A stretch of 32,000 bases of DNA. Origin: Candidatus Arthromitus sp. SFB-mouse-Japan. GTDB taxonomy: Bacteria > Bacillota > Clostridia > Clostridiales > Clostridiaceae. The DNA is taken from NCBI RefSeq assembly GCF_000270205.1, contig NC_015913.1, positions 1,230,001-1,262,000 on the forward strand. Direction: 5' to 3'. The notes under the pieces were generated by a model. That model was not told the DNA's origin, made no database searches, and saw nothing but the letters and a program-made list of their open reading frames with translations. The translations under genes and the position numbers were made by a program. Below are positions 1 through 9,635 of the stretch, one piece after another (position 1 is the first letter of the stretch; every line of letters starts with the position of its first letter).

Positions 1-119
1 AACATATTAATCATAATGTCTTTATGTAAAATTTCAAAAATATCTCCACTTTTTAAAAATTTAAAAACCATATCCTCCTTCTCAAAAGTTAGGAATTCAA
101 AATCTGGTTTAACTATCAT
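1..119 (-). CDS. 5' end of an unidentified gene running off the left edge
   Basis: Not in the ORF track because it has no stop in the window. ATG at 119 with AGGGGGA 6 nt upstream. Reads MIVKPDFEFLTFEKEDMVFKFLKSGDIFEILHKDIMINM... to position 1. Product not recognisable from 39 residues. Confidence 0.35.
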   Translation of the reverse strand, partial: MIVKPDFEFLTFEKEDMVFKFLKSGDIFEILHKDIMINM

Positions 120-182
120 CAAAAGTCCCCCTACAGCACAAAATCTTTAAAATTATTTTCTCTCACTTAAATAATAAATATG

Positions 183-215
183 TAAATAAAAAGGTGGATC
201 TAACAAGATCCACCT
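183..215 (-). terminator. Rho-independent terminator after the ABC exporter gene
   Basis: 9-bp stem AGGTGGATC (192-200) / GATCCACCT (207-215) with a 6-nt loop. On the minus strand it is followed directly by TTTTTATTT. Confidence 0.7.
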
Positions 216-229
216 AATACTTAAACCTT

Positions 230-1936
230 TTAAACTGTACTATACAAACTTTTATAAACTCCACCCTTATCTATTAATTCATTATGAGTTCCTCTCTCAA
301 CAATTCCACTCTTACCTATTAATAATATCTCATCAGCATTTTGAATTGTTGAAAGTCTATGAGCAACAATTATATTTGTTCTACCTCTTGATAACTCTTC
401 TAAAGATTCTTGAATCTCACGTTCTGTTATATTATCAAGAGCTGATGTTGCTTCATCCAATATCATAATTTTGGGATCCTTCAAAAAAACTCTCGCAATA
501 GATATCCTTTGCTTCTGTCCACCTGAAAGCTTAAGACCTCTTTCCCCAACAAAAGTATCATATCCATCCTTAAGACTCATTATAAAATCATGAATTCTTG
601 CCTTAATACATGCATCCATAACTTCCTCATCAGTCGCATCAGGTTTACCTATGATTATATTATCCCTTATACTCCCCGTAAACAAAAAAACTTCTTGAGA
701 AACAATCCCAATATTTCTTCTCAAAGAATCCAAAGTAACCTCTCTTATATCAATCCCATCAATCTTTATACTTCCATCACACACATCATAAAACCTTGGG
801 ATCAAACTACATATAGTTGTCTTCCCTCCCCCTGATGGGCCAACAAGAGCAACAGTTTTGCCCGCATCTATCTTAAGATTAAATCCATTAAACACTTCCT
901 CATTGTTGCTTTCATATCTAAATGTCACATTATCTATAATAATTTCTCCATTAACATTTTTAAGTTCCTTCGCATCTTTTGACTCTTTCTCTGTTTCAAC
1001 TTTCAAAAGCTCCTCAAATCTTTGAAAACCACTCATACCATTTTGAAATTGATCGGAGAAATTTATAAGTTTCCTTATTGGTTGAATAAACATCTTAACA
1101 TATAGTACATAAGCAACAAAATCACCTATAGTAATATATCCATTAAATGTAAAGACAGCAGATGCTATAAGTGCAATAAGTTCAAGCATATCAACTAAGA
1201 AAAAAGTTCCTGAAAAAAACTCTCCCATTTTCTTATACGCATATTCTCTTGCTTCTCTAAACATATCATTTGAATTATCAAACTTATTAAGTTCACTCTT
1301 CTCATTTACAAATGACCTCGTAACTCTGATTCCTGAAATAGAATTTTCAATAACAGCATTTACATCTCCTGTCTTAATTCTAGTTTCCCTAAACGCACTA
1401 CTCATTTTTCTACGCTTAATTATTGAAAATACAACTATCACGGGAACAAAGGCAAATATAATAATAGCAAGAAGTACATTTATTCTACAAAGCAAAGTAA
1501 ATGAACCAACAAACATTACAAGAGAAACAAACACATCTTCTGGACCATGATGTGCAAGCTCAGATATTTCCATAAGATCATTTACAATTCTAGACATAAT
1601 AGCACCAGTTTTATTATTGCTAAAATATTCATTAGGCAATTTTTGAAGATGTTTAAATACCTTTCTTCTCATATCACCTTGCATTCTAACTCCTACAACA
1701 TGTCCATAATACTGAATAAAATAATTGAGTCCAGCCTTAATAATAAAAATAACAAGTAAAATTATACAAAACACAAATATCATTCTTATATTTCTATTTG
1801 GAACAGCATCATTTATTATATTGCGTGTTATCATTGGATAAACAAGATCTATTATAGCCACCATAAACGCTGCCAACATATCCATAAAAAACAATTTTTT
1901 ATATGGAGCATAGTAACTTATAAAACTCTTTAACAT
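230..1936 (-). CDS. ABC exporter, fused permease + ATPase half-transporter (MsbA/MdlB-type multidrug/lipid exporter family)
   Basis: 568 aa. N-terminal six-TM-type hydrophobic domain. Walker A GPSGGGKTT, signature LSGGQKQRISIARVF, Walker B IMILDEATSALD. Confidence 0.9.
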   Translation of the reverse strand: MLKSFISYYAPYKKLFFMDMLAAFMVAIIDLVYPMITRNIINDAVPNRNIRMIFVFCIILLVIFIIKAGLNYFIQYYGHVVGVRMQGDMRRKVFKHLQKLPNEYFSNNKTGAIMSRIVNDLMEISELAHHGPEDVFVSLVMFVGSFTLLCRINVLLAIIIFAFVPVIVVFSIIKRRKMSSAFRETRIKTGDVNAVIENSISGIRVTRSFVNEKSELNKFDNSNDMFREAREYAYKKMGEFFSGTFFLVDMLELIALIASAVFTFNGYITIGDFVAYVLYVKMFIQPIRKLINFSDQFQNGMSGFQRFEELLKVETEKESKDAKELKNVNGEIIIDNVTFRYESNNEEVFNGFNLKIDAGKTVALVGPSGGGKTTICSLIPRFYDVCDGSIKIDGIDIREVTLDSLRRNIGIVSQEVFLFTGSIRDNIIIGKPDATDEEVMDACIKARIHDFIMSLKDGYDTFVGERGLKLSGGQKQRISIARVFLKDPKIMILDEATSALDNITEREIQESLEELSRGRTNIIVAHRLSTIQNADEILLIGKSGIVERGTHNELIDKGGVYKSLYSTV

Positions 1937-1973
1937 ATCTAAATCCTTTCTTAAAATATCAATTTAATTATCA

Positions 1974-2003
1974 AATAAAAAAACTACATCATAATGACGC
2001 AGT
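1974..2003 (-). terminator. Terminator of the minus-strand siderophore operon
   Basis: Stem 1983-1991 / 1995-2003. It pairs fully only on the minus strand (ACUGCGUCA/UGAUGUAGU with two G-U pairs) and is followed there by TTTTTTTATTT. Lies between the SBP stop (2058) and the exporter start (1936). Confidence 0.55.
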
Positions 2004-2057
2004 TTTTTTATTTCATTCTAATTATACAATTAGTTACAAATATTTTTATATCATTCA

Positions 2058-3026
2058 CTAGAATTTACTCATAAAATTTTCAATTTCAGCTATCATACTA
2101 TTTGTTGAATTAAATCCACCAGAAACCAAATACCAAACTTGAGCATCTAAATACACAATATTTTCATTTTTATATGAATCTGTTGATTTTATAAGATCAT
2201 TATCTAAAACTGTCTCAGCAGCTCCTTCCCCAGAAGTAGCCACTCCTCTATCTATAACAAACAATACGTTTGGATTCTTATCTACTACATATTCAAAAGA
2301 TACTTGCTGTCCATGTGTTGAATCCTGAAGAGTCTCATCAACATTCTTGAAACCAAAACTATTATATAAAATACCGAATCTTGACTTATCACCATAAGCA
2401 CTTAAATTTCCTTCATTAACTAATAATGTTAATGCATTTAAGTTCTTTGAAGTTACTAAAGTATTTAATTCACTTATCTTAGATTGAATTTCGTTTAATT
2501 TTGTTGCAACAATATCCTCTTTGCCAAATATACTTCCCAAAACATTTGCATTATTAGTTAAGTCTTCCATATATTTTGAACCATCTATACTCAAAAGTAT
2601 AGTTGGAGCTATTTGAGAAAATTTATCATACATATCAGATTGTCTACCGCTTATTATTATAAGTTCTGGATTAAGTGCATTGATTGCTTCAAAATCTGGT
2701 TCTTTTAATCCACCTAAATTTTCATATTTACTATCTTTATATTTTTCAAACATCTTTGGTAAAGTTTCTTTTGGAAGTCCAAGCACATCAATTCCCAAAT
2801 TTTCTAAAATATCTAATGATCCATAATCAAATGTAACAACTCTTTGAGGATTTTTATTTACCTCTGTTTCACCTTTTGTATGTTTAACCATAATAGTTTC
2901 AATATTAACTCCTTGATATGCATTTTGATTATCGGTTTTATTTGTAGTATTTTCACCTACACAAGAAACTAAAAATCCAATAAGCAACATTGAACATGTT
3001 ATAGATAATTTTTTAATAAACTTCAT
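2058..3026 (-). CDS. Fe(3+)-siderophore ABC transporter substrate-binding lipoprotein (cluster A-2 / FatB-YclQ-like)
   Basis: The track ORF starts at 3077, but the internal ATG at 3026 (MKFIKKLSITCSMLLIGFLVSC) gives a lipoprotein signal with lipobox LVSC and a GAAAGGGAAA RBS. It also removes the overlap with the upstream ATPase. The body has the typical periplasmic binding-protein pattern (RVVTFDYGSLDILENLG..., PELIIISGRQ). Confidence 0.85.
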   Translation of the reverse strand: MKFIKKLSITCSMLLIGFLVSCVGENTTNKTDNQNAYQGVNIETIMVKHTKGETEVNKNPQRVVTFDYGSLDILENLGIDVLGLPKETLPKMFEKYKDSKYENLGGLKEPDFEAINALNPELIIISGRQSDMYDKFSQIAPTILLSIDGSKYMEDLTNNANVLGSIFGKEDIVATKLNEIQSKISELNTLVTSKNLNALTLLVNEGNLSAYGDKSRFGILYNSFGFKNVDETLQDSTHGQQVSFEYVVDKNPNVLFVIDRGVATSGEGAAETVLDNDLIKSTDSYKNENIVYLDAQVWYLVSGGFNSTNSMIAEIENFMSKF

Positions 3027-3048
3027 AATCTTAATTTTCCCTTTCTTA

Positions 3049-3804
3049 TTAATAGTAAATACTGATCTTATTTCCATTTATGTTTTGGACATCAAATTTA
3101 ATTTGATAGATCTCTTCTAAAACATTCTCATCTATTATATCACTTGTTTTTCCCTGCTTGTATATGACTCCATCTTTAAAAGCAACAACATAATCTGAAT
3201 AACAAGAAGCAAAATTTATATCATGCATAACAATCACTATTGTTTTTCCTAAATCATCACAAAGTCTTCTTAAAACTTTCATCATTTGAACTGAATTGCT
3301 CATATCCAAATTATTCAAAGGCTCATCAAGAAAAATATATTCTGTCCCTTGAGCAATAACCATAGCAATAAAAGCCCTTTGCTTTTGTCCTCCACTTATT
3401 TCATCTAAAAATTTATCTTGTATATCACAAAGTTTCATATACTCAAGAGCTTCATCAACAAATATTTTATCTTCATTAGTTAATCTACCTTTAGAATATG
3501 GAAACCTTCCAAAACTAACTAAATCACGTATGGTCAATCTAATATTTAAATTATTTGATTGTCTAAGAATAGATATCTTTTTAGATAACTCATCTTTTTT
3601 ATAGCTACTAATATCCCTGCCATCTAAATAAATTTCTCCGCTCTCTTTTTCAAGTAATCCAACTATTATTGATAAAAGAGTACTTTTACCCGCACCATTA
3701 GGTCCAACAAAAGAGGTAAGCTTCCCCTTTTTTATATCAAGAGATATATTGTTAACTACACGATTACTACCATAAGACTTAGAAACATCTTTAATCTTTA
3801 ACAT
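3049..3804 (-). CDS. Fe-siderophore ABC transporter ATP-binding protein (FecE/FhuC family)
   Basis: Walker A GPNGAGKSTLL, signature ISGGQKQRAFIAMVIA, Walker B IFLDEPLNNLD, H-loop VMHDIN. Overlaps the upstream permease gene by 7 nt. Confidence 0.9.
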   Translation of the reverse strand: MLKIKDVSKSYGSNRVVNNISLDIKKGKLTSFVGPNGAGKSTLLSIIVGLLEKESGEIYLDGRDISSYKKDELSKKISILRQSNNLNIRLTIRDLVSFGRFPYSKGRLTNEDKIFVDEALEYMKLCDIQDKFLDEISGGQKQRAFIAMVIAQGTEYIFLDEPLNNLDMSNSVQMMKVLRRLCDDLGKTIVIVMHDINFASCYSDYVVAFKDGVIYKQGKTSDIIDENVLEEIYQIKFDVQNINGNKISIYY

Positions 3805-4778
3805 ACCTTACTCTCCCTTAATAGCAAATACATAAAATAAATACCCCCAATTAAATTTATAACTACACTCACAGGAGTCGATATTTTCAAAACCCTCTCA
3901 AGCAATAACTGTCCAAATAACAATACAAATACCGATAATAAACTCCCTATAGTAACTATATTAGAATGTTTATAACTTTTCACAATTTGCTTAGTAGCAT
4001 TAACAACCAGTAGTCCCAAAAATGTAATTGGTCCAACCAAAGCTGTAGATATAGATATTAAAATAGAAACTATAATGAATAATTTTTTAGTTAACCTATC
4101 ATAATCCACTCCTAAACTTATCGCATGATCCCTACCCAAACTCATAACATCTAAATATTTGAAATCCTTTAACACAAATATCAATGTAATGACTATTATT
4201 ATCACTGATATAAACAAAATATCTTCATTTATATTGTTAAAGCTTGCAAAAAGTTTATTTTGAAGCATTAAATACTCATTGGGATCAATCATTATTTGCA
4301 TAAATTTTGAAAGACTACTGAAGAGAGTTCCCAATATAACACCAACTAGTACAATTAAAATAATATTAGCTCTATTCTTTTTCATCAAAGACGAATAAAG
4401 AAATGTAGATATAACAACCATCAACACTATACAAATCAAAAAATTAATTCTCTTATCACTAGTAAATATGTGTATTGATCCAAACACATAAACAATCACA
4501 GTTTGAATCAAAACATAAAACGAATCAAGTCCCATTACATTTGGAGTCAAAAGACGATTATTTGTAATAGTTTGAAATAATATTGTAGAAAAAGATATTA
4601 ATGATCCCGTTAATACGATTGCAATTAATTTAGGTATACGCTGTGAAAGTGAGTACTCTAAGTTCCCTTTCCTAATACTCATGAACAAATAAAATAGAGA
4701 AACTATTACTATTAGGATCGCAAGAAACATCGTAATTTTTTCAAAAGACCTATCTTTATTAACACGTTTACTTCCCAC
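3798..4778 (-). CDS. Fe-siderophore ABC transporter permease (FecCD family)
   Basis: 326 aa polytopic membrane protein with the FecCD-type conserved region (LSLGRDHAISLGVDYDRL, GPITFLGLLVVN). GTG start at 4778 lies 7 nt after AGGAGG and overlaps the upstream gene by 11 nt. Confidence 0.9.
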   Translation of the reverse strand: MGSKRVNKDRSFEKITMFLAILIVIVSLFYLFMSIRKGNLEYSLSQRIPKLIAIVLTGSLISFSTILFQTITNNRLLTPNVMGLDSFYVLIQTVIVYVFGSIHIFTSDKRINFLICIVLMVVISTFLYSSLMKKNRANIILIVLVGVILGTLFSSLSKFMQIMIDPNEYLMLQNKLFASFNNINEDILFISVIIIVITLIFVLKDFKYLDVMSLGRDHAISLGVDYDRLTKKLFIIVSILISISTALVGPITFLGLLVVNATKQIVKSYKHSNIVTIGSLLSVFVLLFGQLLLERVLKISTPVSVVINLIGGIYFMYLLLRESKVC

Positions 4779-5727
4779 AATTATTCCTCCTTAATACTAT
4801 AAAAAGAAACAATATACTTCCAATTACTCCTACAGTAACTCCTATTGGAAATTCATATGGATAAATAACAACTCGTCCAATTATATCACAAATAAGTATA
4901 AACACAGAACCAACAAGCGCAATATCAAAAATACTTTTATTTACATTATCCCCTTTATACATAGCAACTAAATTAGGAACTATAAGTCCAATAAAAGGTA
5001 TACTTCCAACTGTTACAACCACTATAACAGTTGCTAATGCAACTATAGAAACTCCAATATTAACCACTCTATCATAATTAAGTCCCAAATTTGTAGCAAA
5101 ATCTTTTCCCATTCCAGCAACAGTAAACATATTTGCATAAACTATAGTAATTATAACAAGAGGAATGCTCAAATATAAAAGCTCATAATTTCCCTTCAGA
5201 ATCATTGAAAAATTACCCTGCATCCACGAACTAACACTCTGCAATAAATCAAACTTATATCCCAAGAAAGTCGTTATGGATCCAATAATATTACCAAAAA
5301 TAATTCCAACTAATGGTACAAATACCACGTTCTTTATCTTGAGATTTCTCAAAAATATTATAAAAATAAATGTACCAATCAATGCAAACACAAAAGATAT
5401 AATTGTTTTTTGCATTATACTTGCACTAGGAAATATAATCATAGCTACCATTATTCCAAGCTGTGCTGAATCAATAGTTGCTCCAGTTGTTGGCGATACA
5501 AATTTATTTTGACTAATCTGTTGCATTATAAGTCCACATATACTCATAACAACTCCCGCAATCAAGATGCTTATGAGTCTCGGTAATCTACTCACCAAAA
5601 AAATCCTAATACTATCAATATCTCCATTTAAGATTTCCCATATCGTTATATTTTTAGCTCCTAAAAATAGTGAAATCAAAGATAAAACAACTAAAAGTAG
5701 TATTAAGATTAAATACCTCTTCTTCAT
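4768..5727 (-). CDS. Fe-siderophore ABC transporter permease (FecCD family)
   Basis: 319 aa polytopic protein with FecCD hallmarks (VSRLPRLISILIAG, AGMGKDFATNLGLNYDRV, GSIPFIGLIVPN). First gene of the permease-permease-ATPase-SBP operon. Confidence 0.9.
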   Translation of the reverse strand: MKKRYLILILLLVVLSLISLFLGAKNITIWEILNGDIDSIRIFLVSRLPRLISILIAGVVMSICGLIMQQISQNKFVSPTTGATIDSAQLGIMVAMIIFPSASIMQKTIISFVFALIGTFIFIIFLRNLKIKNVVFVPLVGIIFGNIIGSITTFLGYKFDLLQSVSSWMQGNFSMILKGNYELLYLSIPLVIITIVYANMFTVAGMGKDFATNLGLNYDRVVNIGVSIVALATVIVVVTVGSIPFIGLIVPNLVAMYKGDNVNKSIFDIALVGSVFILICDIIGRVVIYPYEFPIGVTVGVIGSILFLFIVLRRNNCGK

Positions 5728-5780
5728 TTAATTTCCCCACACCTAACTAACTTGACTTACTTTATAAATATGAGTAAAAT

Positions 5781-5805
5781 GATACTTATTATCATTAATG
5801 ATATC
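5781..5805. promoter_or_regulatory. Fur-box-like operator in the divergent siderophore control region
   Basis: GATACTTATTATCATTAATGATATC contains an exact ATTATCA half-site (5788-5794) followed by TGATAT, i.e. (N-A-T-W-A-T) hexamer repeats like the GATAATGATAATCATTATC consensus. It is AT-only sequence in an AT-rich genome, so specificity is limited. Confidence 0.45.
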
Positions 5806-5834
5806 ACCATTATAATATCTAAAATTAAACTTGT

Positions 5835-5856
5835 CTATCATTAAATGATAATTAAT
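5835..5856. promoter_or_regulatory. Second Fur-box-like operator, proximal to the plus-strand operon
   Basis: CTATCATTAAATGATAATTAAT has an exact TGATAAT half-site (5846-5852) and an ATCA..TGAT inverted core. It lies about 35 nt upstream of the 5891 start. Confidence 0.45.
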
Positions 5857-5890
5857 ATTACTTTTTATTTTATAAAGGAGATATTTATAA

Positions 5891-6850
5891 ATGAAACTAT
5901 TGTCAATTTTAAAAACTACATTTATATGTTTTTTTGCTGTACTTATTGTTGGATGCACATCTTCAAACAATAATTCTAATGATAATAATTCTACAAATAA
6001 TAAATCTGTCGAAATGATAACTGTTAAAGACTCAATTGGGGATGTTCAAATACCTAAAAATCCTAAGCGTATCGTAGACCTAAGTGGTAATAGCGATATA
6101 CTTAGCATTCTTGGATATTCTGTTGTAGGTACAGCAAACTCTGATGCTTACGACTACACTAAATTCCCTTCTTATCTAGAAGAAACTTTAAAAGATGCTA
6201 AAATTTTAGGTTACAGTATGCAAGATACTGTAGATATTGAAGGTGTATTAAATCTTAATCCTGATTTAATTATAATTTCAAAAACACAAGAGAAAATGTA
6301 CGAACAATTAAAAAGCATAGCACCAACAATAATGATAGAACTTGAACAAATAGATTGGAAAAAAGATATACTTAAAGTTGCCTCTATATTAAATAAAGAA
6401 GATGCTGCAAACAAATGGCTTGAAAATTATGAATCAAATGCTAAACAAAAAGGAAATGAAATTAAAGAAAAATATGGTAATGAAACAACCTATCTTTCAA
6501 TACTTGCAAGTGGTGGACAAATATTTGTATTTGACTCTGCTGGGGTTGGTGGAATATTGTACGAAGATATGGGGCTAAACAAACCTGCTAAACTCCCTGT
6601 ACAGGATACCATAAGTCTTCCTGTCGTAAATTACGAAGGATTATTAGAAATAGATTCAGATTATATGATTCTAATAGGAACTGATGAAGATATAAATGCT
6701 TTGAAACAAAGTCCTATTTATAATAACTTAAATGCAGTTAAAAATAATAATGTTATCGAATTACCATCAAGTCCATACTTCAATATGGTCTATAGTTCCA
6801 TTGGAAGAGATATATTTGTAAATCAATTTGTTGATTTAATGGGGAATTAG
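5891..6850 (+). CDS. Fe-siderophore ABC transporter substrate-binding lipoprotein (FhuD/FeuA-like)
   Basis: Signal peptide with lipobox LIVGCTSS, a Ser/Asn-rich linker, then the binding-protein core (PKRIVDLSGNSDILSILG, PDLIIISKTQE). AAAGGAG RBS upstream. Confidence 0.85.
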   Translation: MKLLSILKTTFICFFAVLIVGCTSSNNNSNDNNSTNNKSVEMITVKDSIGDVQIPKNPKRIVDLSGNSDILSILGYSVVGTANSDAYDYTKFPSYLEETLKDAKILGYSMQDTVDIEGVLNLNPDLIIISKTQEKMYEQLKSIAPTIMIELEQIDWKKDILKVASILNKEDAANKWLENYESNAKQKGNEIKEKYGNETTYLSILASGGQIFVFDSAGVGGILYEDMGLNKPAKLPVQDTISLPVVNYEGLLEIDSDYMILIGTDEDINALKQSPIYNNLNAVKNNNVIELPSSPYFNMVYSSIGRDIFVNQFVDLMGN

Positions 6851-6852
6851 TT

Positions 6853-7836
6853 ATGAAGATAAGTAAAAGATTAATCTCAATTACTGGATTTATTTTACTT
6901 CTTATAGGGATCTTAGCCTCAATTAACATTGGGGCTAAAGATATTCCTCTAAAAAATGTGTTTAATTCCATATTTTTTTATGATGGGTCTGTGGAAGCAC
7001 AGCTTATAAGAGATGTGAGACTCCCTCGAGTTATTTCTGCTCTATTAAATGGAGGCATTCTTTCTATATGTGGAGCAATGATTCAAGGAGTTATGCGTAA
7101 TCCTTTAGCTGATCCATCTATAATCGGTATAACCCAAGGAGCTACTTTAGCTATAGCGCTATCTACAATTTTTCCTATAGGTCTTGGAATCTATGGAAAT
7201 TTTTTTATGGCTCTTATAGGTTCTGCATTTAGTGGTATAATAGTTTTGATAATTATGAAAAATTCTTCATTAAACCATAACATATCTAAACTACTCCTTG
7301 CAAGCACTGCGATGAGTACACTTTTCATATCTATTGCATCGATGATTGCTCTAATTAAAAATAAATCTCAAGAATTAGCATTTTGGATTTCTGGAAGTTT
7401 AAATCAGAATGGATGGTTACAAGTTATTTCATTGATAATCATAGGTTCTATATTCTGTTTTCTATCTATCTTGATGATTAATGATCTTAATATTTTAAAT
7501 CTCGGAGATGAAAATGCAATAGGTCTTGGAGTATCTCCATCTAAAGTGCGTTTAAAAATTATTTCCATAATAATCCCTCTTTGCTCTATTTGTGTCGCAA
7601 CATCTGGTAATATTAGCTTTATTGGACTTCTTGTACCACATATAATAAAGAAATTAGTCGGAACTAATTATAAAGATGTATTGCCTCTATCTTTCTTATT
7701 TGGAAGTGCTCTACTTATCTTCAGTGATATAATTGCTAGAACAATTCTATCTCCATATGAACTTCCTATAGGAATATTTACATCATTTATTGGAATTCCT
7801 ATATTTCTATTATTAATTAGAAAGGAGAATATATAA
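6853..7836 (+). CDS. Fe-siderophore ABC transporter permease (FecCD family)
   Basis: 327 aa with FecCD motifs (RDVRLPRVISALLNG, ADPSIIGITQGA, GDENAIGLGVSPSKVR, GNISFIGLLVPH). Confidence 0.9.
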   Translation: MKISKRLISITGFILLLIGILASINIGAKDIPLKNVFNSIFFYDGSVEAQLIRDVRLPRVISALLNGGILSICGAMIQGVMRNPLADPSIIGITQGATLAIALSTIFPIGLGIYGNFFMALIGSAFSGIIVLIIMKNSSLNHNISKLLLASTAMSTLFISIASMIALIKNKSQELAFWISGSLNQNGWLQVISLIIIGSIFCFLSILMINDLNILNLGDENAIGLGVSPSKVRLKIISIIIPLCSICVATSGNISFIGLLVPHIIKKLVGTNYKDVLPLSFLFGSALLIFSDIIARTILSPYELPIGIFTSFIGIPIFLLLIRKENI

Positions 7837-8847
7837 ATGAAAAAAGCTTCATTAGTTTTTTTAATATCATCAATAATACTTGTCTTGTCTGTTCTCCTCT
7901 ATTTAAATCTCGGTAGTTACAAAATGAGTATAGCCGATATATTTAAAACATTTTTAGGTAATGGAACAAATCCTCAAAATTTTGCTATATTTGAGTTAAG
8001 ATTACCAAGAGTTATATTAGCTATTATTGTAGCTTTTGCTTTAAGCATATCCGGAGTGATATTCCAAACAATAACAAAAAATCCTTTATCAGAACCAGGC
8101 ATAATCGGAATAAATTCTGGGGCAGCATTATTTGTTATTCTATTAATTTCATCTAACACAAGTACATATTATGCCAAACTTCCAATATCAACTGTCTTAC
8201 TCATACCAATCGTTGCAATAATAGGTGCAATGTTTTCAATAATTTTGATTTATTTATTTGCATACAAAAAAAGATTTAAGCCAATAAAATTTATTTTAAC
8301 TGGTATTGCTATAAATACAGGATTTTCTGCTATAATTTCATTTTATCAACTTAGCGTTTCTAAAGGCGATTATAATCAAGTTTTAACATGGACTAGTGGA
8401 AGCCTTTGGGGTAGCAACTGGAATTATATACTACTAACTCTTCCATTCATATTAATTTTAATAATTGTTACCCTAATTAAAAGTAAAACACTAGATATAC
8501 TCACTCTTGGTGATGAATTGTCTTATGGAATTGGTGTAAATGTACAGAAAGAGTCAGTATTATTTATATTTATAGCATCATTCCTAGCTGCTATTGCCAC
8601 ATCAGTTGCTGGAAATATTGCTTTCTTAGGATTTATATCACCTCAAATATCAAAAAGTATAATTGGGTACTCTCACTGCAAAATAATTGTGTTATCTGGA
8701 ATCATAGGTTCTATAATTTTGGTATTATCTGATGCTATAGCAAAAAACTTATTTTCTCCAATTGAAATTCCTGTTGGAATAATTGTATCAATCTTAGCTG
8801 TACCATATTTTATATTCTTAATTATAAGAGATAGGAGGTTTAAATAA
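7837..8847 (+). CDS. Fe-siderophore ABC transporter permease (FecCD family)
   Basis: 336 aa with FecCD motifs (LRLPRVILAIIVA, SEPGIIGINSGA, GDELSYGIGVNVQ, GNIAFLGFISPQ). AAGGAG RBS. Directly abuts the previous gene. Confidence 0.9.
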   Translation: MKKASLVFLISSIILVLSVLLYLNLGSYKMSIADIFKTFLGNGTNPQNFAIFELRLPRVILAIIVAFALSISGVIFQTITKNPLSEPGIIGINSGAALFVILLISSNTSTYYAKLPISTVLLIPIVAIIGAMFSIILIYLFAYKKRFKPIKFILTGIAINTGFSAIISFYQLSVSKGDYNQVLTWTSGSLWGSNWNYILLTLPFILILIIVTLIKSKTLDILTLGDELSYGIGVNVQKESVLFIFIASFLAAIATSVAGNIAFLGFISPQISKSIIGYSHCKIIVLSGIIGSIILVLSDAIAKNLFSPIEIPVGIIVSILAVPYFIFLIIRDRRFK

Positions 8848-9635
8848 TGAGAATAAGAACTCAAAATCTTCAAGTTAATTATGATGAAAAAATTATAATT
8901 CCTTCTCTAAATCTTGAAATACCTGAAAATAAAGTAACCATATTAATTGGTCCAAACGGATGTGGTAAATCCACACTCTTAAAATCAATTATGAGAATTA
9001 TACCAATAAAAAGTGGAAAAATTTTTCTGGACGATAAAGACATGAAATCCCTATCTCAAAGGGAAATTGCTAATAAAATATCGATATTACCTCAAACTCC
9101 AATTGTTCCTGAAGGCATAGACGTTAAAAATTTAATTTCATATGGTCGATTTCCTCATAAAAAATCACTTTCTGGTTTAAACAAGGAAGATTACGAGATA
9201 ATTAACTGGGCAATGGAAAAAACAGGTATACTAGATATAAAAGATAGGATTGTATCAAACTTATCAGGCGGACAACGTCAACGTGTTTGGATATCATTAG
9301 CACTTGCCCAAAAAACGAATACAATAATATTAGATGAACCAACAACATACTTAGATATGGCACATCAACTTGAAGTATTAGAGTTACTTCAAAAACTAAA
9401 TAGAAATAATAAAACAACCATAATAATGGTAATTCATGAATTAAACCACGCAACAAAATTTGCTGATAATATTATTGGAATGAAAAATGGAAATGTACTT
9501 TTTCAAGGTGATCCTTCAAACGTGATAACTAAAGAAAATTTAAAATTACTTTATGAGATAGATGCTACCCTAGTAAAAAATGAAGAGAAAGGATATCCAA
9601 TTTGCATGGATTACTCAATAATTAATGAAAACTAA
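8847..9635 (+). CDS. Fe-siderophore ABC transporter ATP-binding protein (FecE/FhuC family)
   Basis: Walker A GPNGCGKSTLL, signature LSGGQRQRVWISLALA, Walker B IILDEPTTYLD, H-loop VIHELN. TAATG overlap with the upstream permease gene. AGGAGG RBS. Confidence 0.9.
   Translation: MRIRTQNLQVNYDEKIIIPSLNLEIPENKVTILIGPNGCGKSTLLKSIMRIIPIKSGKIFLDDKDMKSLSQREIANKISILPQTPIVPEGIDVKNLISYGRFPHKKSLSGLNKEDYEIINWAMEKTGILDIKDRIVSNLSGGQRQRVWISLALAQKTNTIILDEPTTYLDMAHQLEVLELLQKLNRNNKTTIIMVIHELNHATKFADNIIGMKNGNVLFQGDPSNVITKENLKLLYEIDATLVKNEEKGYPICMDYSIINEN

Noticed and set aside
5743-5970. 75-codon minus-strand ORF spanning the divergent siderophore control region and the start of the plus-strand SBP gene.
   Set aside because: It covers the Fur-box region and overlaps the well-supported 5891 start. 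There is no RBS and the product is a nonsense-like AT-rich translation.
6780-6971. 63-codon minus-strand ORF across the SBP/permease junction.
   Set aside because: It is antisense to two motif-supported genes and has no RBS.
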